Positions 57,178 to 64,000 of a DNA stretch of 64,000 nucleotides are shown here, one piece after another. This DNA comes from a virus (Duplodnaviria; Caudoviricetes): positions 32,001 through 96,000 of IMG/VR virus record IMGVR_UViG_2706795344_000001. The stretch is one strand, 5' to 3'. The number at the start of each line of letters is the position of its first letter. The stretch's first letter is position 1. The notes below the pieces were generated by a model. It saw only the letters and a list, made by a program, of their open reading frames with translations. It did not search any database and was not told the DNA's origin. The translations under genes and the position numbers were made by a program.

Positions 57178-57865
57178 GACATTTTTGACAATTACTTGCA
57201 TATTTATAAGTGGTGTTGTGATCTTGAGTTTTGTATCTCGTCGTGTTGACCAGACTGTAGGCGCATTCTTAGAGATGTGTGTGAATATCTTTAAAATAAT
57301 TGTTGGTATAGATAAGGACTCGCATCCTGTTGAGGATGAGGTAGACCCAAAAGAGCAGTTGTTGTGTGAAAACATGCTTAGGGAGAGTTTACTGAGAGAA
57401 TGTTGCCAGTTATATATGAAAGCTTGCAACCGTTTTGGTGTCCAATATTACTACAAACATATCGAGGATTACTATAGGGAAGGTAACTTGATTGGTATGG
57501 AGAACTTCTTGCACCTAGTGTTTAAGGATTTTAATTCTGGATTACCGTTCTGTTTCAGTGAGTCACCATTTAATTTTGAGATAAAAGATATTGAAGGTAG
57601 GTTCGATCTTGGTAATCAACTTGTATGGCATCATACGAATATGAAAGAGGCTTGTGAAATCTTTATCAGAATGTGTAAAGGCTATCTTGAGGGTGATAAG
57701 GATGATTTACTTTACACTATGGCTATTAAGTATGATGTGGAGGTGAATAATATGAAGTCTCAGGGTGTTAAAACTGCTAACGAACGTTTTGACAGACATT
57801 ATATAATGAGTAGTTCAAAAATTGGAGAGGTAAATGAGGGTAGAAAAGGTAGAAGATTCCTTTAA
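57170..57865 (+). CDS. Hypothetical membrane-anchored protein
   Basis: N-terminal TM segment. Confidence 0.55.
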   Translation: MFETFLTITCIFISGVVILSFVSRRVDQTVGAFLEMCVNIFKIIVGIDKDSHPVEDEVDPKEQLLCENMLRESLLRECCQLYMKACNRFGVQYYYKHIEDYYREGNLIGMENFLHLVFKDFNSGLPFCFSESPFNFEIKDIEGRFDLGNQLVWHHTNMKEACEIFIRMCKGYLEGDKDDLLYTMAIKYDVEVNNMKSQGVKTANERFDRHYIMSSSKIGEVNEGRKGRRFL

Positions 57866-58625
57866 TATAGGTTTTCCAAGAAGACACCCTGCTTTGGAGT
57901 CTATGTCGGAGTCTGTTATGAGGTGTGAAGAGTATATGAAGGCTACTTCTGTGGGTTTAGAAAGCTTAAGAGAGGATGCAATCTTCTCTGGAGAGTATGT
58001 GCCTAGAGATACTAGAGGTATCCTTAAGTTTATTCGTGAAAGGGGTTACAATCTCAAGGAAGCCTCTTACGATGTAAGAACGGGGATGATAACCATTAGG
58101 ACTAAGGATTCTAAAGAGGTGTTGTGTAGTCCTGAAACTTTCAAGGGTGAGGATGAGGCAACAAAGCTGGACATCCTTTACAGACTCACTACTGGACACA
58201 GAGGGCCTATATTGGGTTACAAAGCCTTTTTGGCTTCAGGGCACTTTGACTTGGCAAGGTCTGACTCAAGTTCAAACTATGTAGAGTTACGGCAAAGACT
58301 TAGTGGAAATTGGATATCATTAGACAATAGTGTCATCAGAAATATAGGTATTAGGGCGGTGATTGACAATGTTAAATTCAACGAGTCCCCTAGTCAGGTT
58401 AGGAGAAATATTGAAGATCAGGCATTAGAGGCTGAGATGCGTAGGACTAGTAGTGTAAAAGCTTCAGCTCAAGCTCTTACATCATTACATACCACTGTGA
58501 GTAAGTTTAATCGTAACACTGGTTTATGGGAAGAAAGAGATAGTTCTTTGGAGGAGCCTGAATCTGAGGCTATTAGTAGTCGTAATGCATTGTTAGAAGA
58601 GATGCGTAAGAAATATTTGAAATAG
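57834..58625 (+). CDS. Hypothetical protein
   Basis: 263 aa ORF; RBS GAGG. Confidence 0.6.
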   Translation: MRVEKVEDSFNIGFPRRHPALESMSESVMRCEEYMKATSVGLESLREDAIFSGEYVPRDTRGILKFIRERGYNLKEASYDVRTGMITIRTKDSKEVLCSPETFKGEDEATKLDILYRLTTGHRGPILGYKAFLASGHFDLARSDSSSNYVELRQRLSGNWISLDNSVIRNIGIRAVIDNVKFNESPSQVRRNIEDQALEAEMRRTSSVKASAQALTSLHTTVSKFNRNTGLWEERDSSLEEPESEAISSRNALLEEMRKKYLK

Positions 58626-58628
58626 TTG

Positions 58629-58657
58629 TTGACATTAAAATTGTATGTCAGTATTAT
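58629..58657 (+). promoter_or_regulatory. Sigma70-type promoter
   Basis: TTGACA-17-TATTAT. Confidence 0.65.
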
Positions 58658-58685
58658 AGGTTCATAACTTAAGAGGAGTAGTAAA

Positions 58686-59384
58686 ATGAGTTGGTTCAAA
58701 AAATTATTTACAATTGGTGTAAACACAGTTAACGAAAAAGGTGAGCAAGCTGTTGTAAATTTTGTTGACATCTCTCGTGAAGGTAAAGCAATTGTTGCTA
58801 AGCGTAAAAAAGATATTGAAGATTCAAAAAAGTCTATCTTGGAGTCTAACACGACTGTAAAGAAGCATGAGAATCGTATCAAACGGAATGAAGAATCATT
58901 ACGTGATTGGAACTTGATTGCAGAGCAAGCTGTTAAAGCTGGCAATGACGGTGATGCACTAAAAGCGGTAACTCAAATTGAGATTATCGAAAGTGAAAAT
59001 GAGACTCTTAAGTCTGTGGTCGAAGATTTAAAACCTTTAATTGCTAAGCGTAAGGCTCAGTTAGATCAGATGGAAATCGATGTGTTCAAGATTGAGCATG
59101 AGATTGAACGTTTAAGCATCCTTCATGAATCTCTTAAAGATCGTGAGAAAGCAACAGGTAAAGCGGAGGGCAGTTTGACTAATGCATTTAACGTAGAAGA
59201 CCTACGAAACATTGTTGACAATGCCAAAGCTCGTGTTGAAGCTAAAGAGGAGTTAGGTTCCAACGATTTACAGGACTTGACTAAGAAGTATAGCTCTACA
59301 CAAATCTCTGCTGAGGAGCGATTAGCTAAGCTGAAAGAGAAGATTAATGGCCCACAAGAAGGTGAGAAAAAGCGTAGTAAATAA
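58686..59384 (+). CDS. PspA/IM30 (ESCRT-III-like) family protein
   Basis: Amphipathic MSWFKKLF; long coiled coil; W...AEQAVKAGNDGDALKA; C-terminal AEERLAKLK. Confidence 0.75.
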   Translation: MSWFKKLFTIGVNTVNEKGEQAVVNFVDISREGKAIVAKRKKDIEDSKKSILESNTTVKKHENRIKRNEESLRDWNLIAEQAVKAGNDGDALKAVTQIEIIESENETLKSVVEDLKPLIAKRKAQLDQMEIDVFKIEHEIERLSILHESLKDREKATGKAEGSLTNAFNVEDLRNIVDNAKARVEAKEELGSNDLQDLTKKYSSTQISAEERLAKLKEKINGPQEGEKKRSK

Positions 59385-59389
59385 TTTAT

Positions 59390-59419
59390 AAGGCAGCATC
59401 GAAAGGTGTTGCCTTTTTT
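59390..59419 (+). terminator. Intrinsic terminator
   Basis: AGGCAGCATC-gaaa-GGTGTTGCCT-TTTTT. Confidence 0.8.
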
Positions 59420-59467
59420 ATTGTCTTGTGAAATAATATCTACATATTAAATCTGAGGTAAGTTTAA

Positions 59468-59917
59468 ATGTTTCTAGAAAAATTTCGATCTGGAGTGAGA
59501 TTCATTACAGTAATTGTTGTGGTTATGGCTCTATCAATAGCTTATGTAGTTGGTGCATATAACTTCTATATGGACATGACTAGTGACCCTGTTTATGAAA
59601 ACCAAATCATTGCAAGTGGTGTAGTATCTGATAAATACGATGAGGCTTATAGCTGTGGCAGTAAAGGGCGTTACACATGTTTTAATAGATACTTAGTTGT
59701 GAATGGTAAAGCTGTTATTGTGAGTGATAACCTATATACAGAAAAGCGTCTAGGTGAGCATATTAGCTTAAGTCAAAACACTCTGGTTGATGTTGGATAT
59801 GTGGTGAAACCTCTTGGTGGGGTCTGCATAGTTGTATTCTGGGTACTAAGCTTATGTGGGGTTATAATGTTCTTTATTTGGGTATTTTCTGAAGAGAAGA
59901 AGGAAGGTGATAAATGA
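59468..59917 (+). CDS. Two-TM membrane protein
   Basis: N- and C-terminal hydrophobic helices. Confidence 0.6.
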   Translation: MFLEKFRSGVRFITVIVVVMALSIAYVVGAYNFYMDMTSDPVYENQIIASGVVSDKYDEAYSCGSKGRYTCFNRYLVVNGKAVIVSDNLYTEKRLGEHISLSQNTLVDVGYVVKPLGGVCIVVFWVLSLCGVIMFFIWVFSEEKKEGDK

Positions 59918-60240
59918 TCACAGTTGTACTACCTGAAGTAGAAGAGATATTGAAAGCTCTTAAAGAAGAGTATCGATTTGAACGTCTGGAAGGTTGTTGG
60001 ATTAAGTCTGTAGATATTAAACCAAAAAATATTCATATAACTGGATTTATTATATGGCACTGGACTCAAAAAGATTTTGGAAACCATGAAGCTAAAGTAT
60101 CTATGGTTGAGTTTGATGTATATGATACAGGCTCTTGTTTTGATGGAACTGTTGTTGACATTGGTTGTGCTTTTGATATGATATCGGTTGAAGATGCTAA
60201 GCAACGTATGGGTGAATTCGTGGAGAGACTTGATGATTGA
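59914..60240 (+). CDS. Hypothetical protein
   Basis: ATGA-coupled ORF. Confidence 0.55.
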   Translation: MITVVLPEVEEILKALKEEYRFERLEGCWIKSVDIKPKNIHITGFIIWHWTQKDFGNHEAKVSMVEFDVYDTGSCFDGTVVDIGCAFDMISVEDAKQRMGEFVERLDD

Positions 60241-60547
60241 TTTCGACAAGATGGTTCAGGATATGTTGACTATTCCTGATGAAGATTTGAAGGAGTGGGT
60301 AGATAAAATCGAAGGTAGTATGGCTTTACATATTGCCACATACCCTGATGAGGTTGTATGGGAGACTATGAATCCAACAAATCGAGGGGCAGCGTATAGT
60401 AATGTATTGCTTAAAGACTTACATGATAAGTATGTTGTAAAAGAGAAGACTCAGTTAAAGTTTTCGATTGAGCAAGCTATTAAACACAATGAGAGTCAGT
60501 TCTTTATTAAAGCTGTATATGAGAGAAAAAGTGATGTCCCAAACTAA
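60233..60547 (+). CDS. Hypothetical protein
   Basis: RBS GGAG; overlapping coupling. Confidence 0.55.
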   Translation: MIDFDKMVQDMLTIPDEDLKEWVDKIEGSMALHIATYPDEVVWETMNPTNRGAAYSNVLLKDLHDKYVVKEKTQLKFSIEQAIKHNESQFFIKAVYERKSDVPN

Positions 60548-60995
60548 ACTTAAATTAGACCTTACACGTAAATTTGGTGGATTAGCAAAAGCTTTTGATT
60601 TCCTGATGGACATGGATGTCTGGGGCAGAAGTCGTAAGTATGAAGTGGTTGATGGTGAATTAACTGTTAGCGACAAAGGGTACACGTATTACGAGCTGAG
60701 AGACGCTATACGGGAGCTTTTGGAGAAAGAGGTACGAATGTACCAAGCGCCAGATAGAATTCAATATCGAAGCGCTGATGAGTATCCAGAGGTATATTCA
60801 GAGAACGTTAGGCTAGATGGCATCACAACATTCTCAAAGTCTCCAAAACTTCTATTGAAGTATCGCCATCGTGGTGAAGTAAACTATGTTACAGGTTATA
60901 TGATTAATTATCATGATGAACGACCTAATGTATATCACCTTGACGGACATAATGGAGACTGGCATAATACTGTGGAAGGTTGGATTTATTGTTGA
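60534..60995 (+). CDS. Hypothetical protein
   Basis: C-terminal V.GW.Y pattern of DUF551-like phage proteins. Confidence 0.55.
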   Translation: MSQTKLKLDLTRKFGGLAKAFDFLMDMDVWGRSRKYEVVDGELTVSDKGYTYYELRDAIRELLEKEVRMYQAPDRIQYRSADEYPEVYSENVRLDGITTFSKSPKLLLKYRHRGEVNYVTGYMINYHDERPNVYHLDGHNGDWHNTVEGWIYC

Positions 60996-61002
60996 GGTAT
61001 TC

Positions 61003-61179
61003 ATGTATACATTAGTTTTAACAATTACGATGTTTGGTTGGATTTGGGATGATGTCCGAACTGTTAGTGTTGATGGCTTTAAGAGTTTATCAAACTGTCA
61101 GAATGCTGGAGAGCAGCTTAAGAAAGAGCACACCAAAAACTTTATAGGTAAAGCTACATATACTTGTGTTAAGAGATAG
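61003..61179 (+). CDS. Small protein with hydrophobic N-terminus
   Basis: RBS GAGG; F.S...C..AG.......CVK. Confidence 0.55.
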   Translation: MYTLVLTITMFGWIWDDVRTVSVDGFKSLSNCQNAGEQLKKEHTKNFIGKATYTCVKR

Positions 61180-61299
61180 ATATTGGAGGTATAAATGGTC
61201 ATTTATTCATTCAGTACAGAAGAGGCAAAGCGTTGCCCTGAGTGTCTTGGCTATACTCATATGCATAAACCTTGGTGTAATAATTGGTAGGAGTTTAAT

Positions 61300-61539
61300 A
61301 TGAAATTATATTTAGTGGTAAATGAACAATCTGGTGAATGTGTTGGTTTTAATGACTTAGCTGATGCACAACATGCAGCTACAGGGAAGAACTTTAGTAG
61401 TGATCAGCGACAAGGTTGGTACAGTACTTTGGGTTCAGAGTTCCGTGAAAGTGTTCTTGAAAGTGGTGATGAGCAGTTACGTATCGCTGAGGTGGAAATT
61501 GATTTGGCTACATTAAAAAATGCAGAGGACTTTAAATGA
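61300..61539 (+). CDS. Hypothetical protein
   Basis: RBS AGGAG. Confidence 0.6.
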   Translation: MKLYLVVNEQSGECVGFNDLADAQHAATGKNFSSDQRQGWYSTLGSEFRESVLESGDEQLRIAEVEIDLATLKNAEDFK

Positions 61540-61886
61540 AAAAGTTAGTTAAAGAATTCCATGAACATAGCTTAAAGCAGCGTAATACCAAGCGTACAAG
61601 TAAGATGCTCTGCGATGCTGCATTCTACATCATGAATAGCAAAAGCAGTAGAGAAGCTATTATTGTGGGAGCTACTGAGCATCATTTAGCTGAGATGAAG
61701 GCTACAGCAAATCGACTTTTCAATTCTCACATAGCATGTTCTATGGTATTCGTGACAAGAAGTGCCTTAGATGACAAAGTTAAAGGTAGAAATGAGAAAA
61801 CTTACAAGGTGTTCTATGACCACTTTGCTTTAGAGTCAGAGATTGCTAAACTGTTAGTAGAGTACACCAAGTACGAGGAGAACTAA
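61536..61886 (+). CDS. Miniature degenerate terminase/P-loop ATPase-like protein (paralogue 1)
   Basis: QRNTKRT (RxxGKT-like), IIVGAT...A and KG...KVFYDH (Walker B-like). Confidence 0.45.
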   Translation: MKKLVKEFHEHSLKQRNTKRTSKMLCDAAFYIMNSKSSREAIIVGATEHHLAEMKATANRLFNSHIACSMVFVTRSALDDKVKGRNEKTYKVFYDHFALESEIAKLLVEYTKYEEN

Positions 61887-62267
61887 GTGGAAAGAATACC
61901 TAAAGATATGAAAGAGGCATCGGAACATTTTAGGGCTATTAGTTCTTTTAAACATAGAATTAATCGAAGTGTTCGAATGCTTTGTCAGGCATTGTTCCAT
62001 GTGTCAAATGGCTATTCTGGAAATCATTCTATAGTTGTTGCTTTGGATGAAGATCATAAGAAACAGCTAGAAGATAAAGCTAAGGAGATGTTCTCTACTG
62101 AGGTACTTAAACATATTGGATTCATTAGTTACGAAAAGTATAAGAAGTTTAATAGGGAAGGTGAGGTGGTAGGTTTAAAATATTTTATCGACCCTGCTTG
62201 CCTTGAAGATGATATCGCTGTACTATTAAAGAAGTGGGAACAGTACGATGACCCAAGAGATTATTAA
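61887..62267 (+). CDS. Miniature degenerate terminase/P-loop ATPase-like protein (paralogue 2)
   Basis: Aligns with 61536-61886: R...RS.RMLC, IVVA, A..MF, F.D...LE..IA.LL.....Y. Confidence 0.45.
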   Translation: MERIPKDMKEASEHFRAISSFKHRINRSVRMLCQALFHVSNGYSGNHSIVVALDEDHKKQLEDKAKEMFSTEVLKHIGFISYEKYKKFNREGEVVGLKYFIDPACLEDDIAVLLKKWEQYDDPRDY

Positions 62268-62278
62268 CGGAGACTGAT

Positions 62279-62785
62279 ATGTCACACTTTGGTATAGACC
62301 CAAGAGCAGCTAAAGAATTTTGGAATGAGAAAACCAAAGAGCCATTCGATTTTGACTGGAAAGAAATCAATGCAGATATGGCTGCTGCTGTAGTACACAA
62401 CCTAAGAGTATGTGAGGCGTTCCTATTTGGACGTTTCCCTAGCGCTGAGGAAGCTAAGGAACATATCGATGTGTGGGCAGAGTGGCAAGAGATACGTCGT
62501 AATAACCCTGTAAGCTTCTTCAAGCCACGAAAGATGCCAAACGTTGGAACTATAGGGTATCCAGAAGAACCTTGCTTAAACGAGCTTACACGCTTAATTA
62601 GAGGTAGTATTGCTAAGGACGAACTGTGTATGGTGGTTGGTAAACCTACAAATGCATCTACTGTACGTCCTGAAGTGTTGGAGTTTTATAAGAGTCGTCG
62701 TAGTAGTAATCCTATATTGCATGTAGCTCTTGAAGACACTAAGCCTTATCTAATTGATAGGTACTTAGGAACCTCAATAAAATAA
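62279..62785 (+). CDS. Protein carrying an EF-Tu-like NVGTIG motif and a dead DnaB-helicase H1/H1a fragment
   Basis: Ungapped register with this phage's own helicase segment LRDLDD...STGKSV...FSLED. Confidence 0.5.
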   Translation: MSHFGIDPRAAKEFWNEKTKEPFDFDWKEINADMAAAVVHNLRVCEAFLFGRFPSAEEAKEHIDVWAEWQEIRRNNPVSFFKPRKMPNVGTIGYPEEPCLNELTRLIRGSIAKDELCMVVGKPTNASTVRPEVLEFYKSRRSSNPILHVALEDTKPYLIDRYLGTSIK

Positions 62786-62801
62786 TCTTGGAGATTTTGA
62801 T

Positions 62802-63002
62802 ATGAGTCATGACTTACACACAAGAACAGCTATGTGGATGTTTGATGTTGGGGCTAGTGAAGTGACGGAAACTCAGAGACGTGGAGCTAAAGCATATAAC
62901 TATGCTAAACAGTATGGAGCTAGTAATACAACAGCTACTGTTGAAGCCATCAAAGCTATGCGAGAGGGTAAGTGTGAAGTGTACAGGAATGAGGGAGCTT
63001 AG
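62802..63002 (+). CDS. Stand-alone DNA polymerase A fingers/O-helix (motif B) mini-protein
   Basis: DLH..TA...F.V...EVT..QRR.AKA.NY...YG.S; RBS GGAG. Confidence 0.7.
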   Translation: MSHDLHTRTAMWMFDVGASEVTETQRRGAKAYNYAKQYGASNTTATVEAIKAMREGKCEVYRNEGA

Positions 63003-63014
63003 GCTCTCTTTTTT
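62992..63014 (+). terminator. Intrinsic terminator closing the decoy-like cluster
   Basis: AGGGAGC-ttag-GCTCTCT-TTTTT. Confidence 0.75.
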
Positions 63015-63019
63015 ATTGT

Positions 63020-63100
63020 CCAGATATTCCCTAGATATTTCCAGATATTCCAGCAAATTGCAAAAAGTTTTGAAAAGTTTTTGAAAAATTTTGAATTTTC
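63020..63100. repeat. Short tandem repeats (AGATATT x3) and phased A/T tracts (AAAA..TTTTG x3)
   Basis: ccagatattccctagatatttccagatattcc; aaaaagttttgaaaagtttttgaaaaattttg. Confidence 0.6.
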
Positions 63101-63101
63101 C

Positions 63102-63130
63102 TTGACACCTATGTATGTTATAAATATAAT
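63102..63130 (+). promoter_or_regulatory. Consensus sigma70 promoter
   Basis: TTGACA-17-TATAAT with upstream A/T tracts. Confidence 0.8.
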
Positions 63131-63136
63131 GAAATC

Positions 63137-63354
63137 TCTTTAATGTAGTAAGTTAATAAGTTGATTTAAGATTGGTGGCATTGCAGTGCCAAGTATATAG
63201 GAGTGTTGGGTATGTGAACTTATGTGGTAGATAGGTGTGACACTATGGAAGATTGGTAGACGAAGTGCTATACATTTCCAGCATCTTGATGGAGGTTCAT
63301 GAAAGTGTCTAATGAGCTGTGAGAAATTGCCCATGCTTTGTCGTGGGCTTTTTT
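63137..63354 (+). ncRNA. Candidate ~220 nt small transcript containing only minigenes
   Basis: Bounded by a consensus promoter and the terminator GCCCATG-ctttgt-CGTGGGC-TTTTTT; ATG-initiated ORFs are at most 7 codons. Confidence 0.45.
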
Positions 63355-63703
63355 GTGCCTGTCTGTCTGGCCTGAAAAAATTTTTAGAGGGCATGATGAC
63401 TTTTGAAAATTAGAGTGAGATTACAGGAATATCCATTTTTACAACTTGGGTTAAATTTAAACACCTTGGATTTTGAAGAAACTGAAAAGTTAGAGTTTGT
63501 CAATAGGTATTAACAAAAAATATTGAATTATTTTTATTGACTTTAATTATCATCTATTGTATTCACATGCGCCCGCTCTTTATAAACGTGACCTTGTTTT
63601 GTTGTGGTGATAGTATGAAAGGTATAAAGAGACATTCCAAATGATTATTTAGAACTATAAATTTATTTAATTCATGCACTTATAAAATTTATATAAAATT
63701 TTC

Positions 63704-63731
63704 TTGCATTTATTTTTAGATTGTTTACTAT
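63704..63731 (+). promoter_or_regulatory. Putative early promoter
   Basis: TTGCAT-16-TACTAT upstream of the 63771 ORF. Confidence 0.4.
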
Positions 63732-63770
63732 GTGCTTATCGAAACGAAACAAGCCTAGAAAGGTGATGAG

Positions 63771-64000
63771 ATGGAACAAATTACATTAGATTTATTTAGC
63801 TTTGAAGAACTCTCTAATGAAGCTCAACAAGTGGCAATTGAAGCAGTCCGTAACAGTGAATATTATTTATCTCATGATTGGTATGATTCTACAAAAGAAG
63901 ATTTTCACCAAATCTTAAACATTATCGGCTTTTATGATGTTAAGAGTCAATTTTCTGGTTTTAATTCTCAAGGTGATGGGGCGAGTTTTTCAGCTAACTA
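63771..64000 (+). CDS. Early-region protein, F.ELS..A...DW...FSGF.SQGDGA family (3' truncated)
   Basis: RBS AAGGTG; MEQITLDLFSFEELSNEAQQ...FSGFNSQGDGASF; this family is often loosely labelled antitoxin-like. Confidence 0.65.
   Translation, partial: MEQITLDLFSFEELSNEAQQVAIEAVRNSEYYLSHDWYDSTKEDFHQILNIIGFYDVKSQFSGFNSQGDGASFSAN

Noticed and set aside
62802-63002. Mini-PolA as a simple pseudogene of a second polymerase
   Set aside because: It has its own RBS, start, stop and terminator, and no motif A or C remnants were noticed in flanking sequence. It was kept as a probable functional mini-gene, though this is not proven.
63140-63394. 84-aa minus-strand ORF
   Set aside because: It lies antisense to a plus-strand promoter-terminator unit, has no convincing RBS and has atypical composition.
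1-64000. tRNA genes, CRISPR arrays, integrase or IS elements
   Set aside because: No cloverleaf with T-loop consensus, no regularly spaced repeat-spacer array and no recombinase or transposase motifs were seen by eye; a tRNAscan run would be needed to be certain.

Overview
This window is 64 kb of a lytic dsDNA myovirus with low GC. The gene order resembles PAK_P1/Felix O1-like ~100 kb myophages, and the GH19 endolysin and composition suggest an Acinetobacter-type host (inference). Layout: contractile tail and baseplate module (1-13386); lysis cassette (13389-15132); a short minus-strand cluster with a NadR-like kinase, a SLOG protein and a wHTH initiator-like protein, followed by an AT-rich divergent promoter region (15165-18640); T7-like replication and nucleotide metabolism genes (dCMP deaminase, primase-helicase, PolA, SSB, exonucleases, a single-chain beta-alpha class I ribonucleotide reductase, ThyA, DHFR, ligase, UvrD-like helicase, dNMP kinase). 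A long accessory region follows, with two RNA ligases plus a kinase and phosphoesterase, a NARP1-like NAD+ reconstitution pair with a macrodomain and a possible ADP-ribosyltransferase, a PspA homologue and a LemA/TPM-like pair. The most striking observation is a four-gene cluster at 61536-63002. It appears to encode miniature, catalytically dead fragments of core proteins: terminase-type ATPase (two copies), DnaB-type helicase plus an EF-Tu motif, and the DNA polymerase A fingers/O-helix. This is a candidate decoy array against pattern-recognition immunity. It is followed by a strongly promoted transcript that contains only minigenes. No tRNA, CRISPR array or integrase was recognised. All assignments come from motif reading, not database searches.
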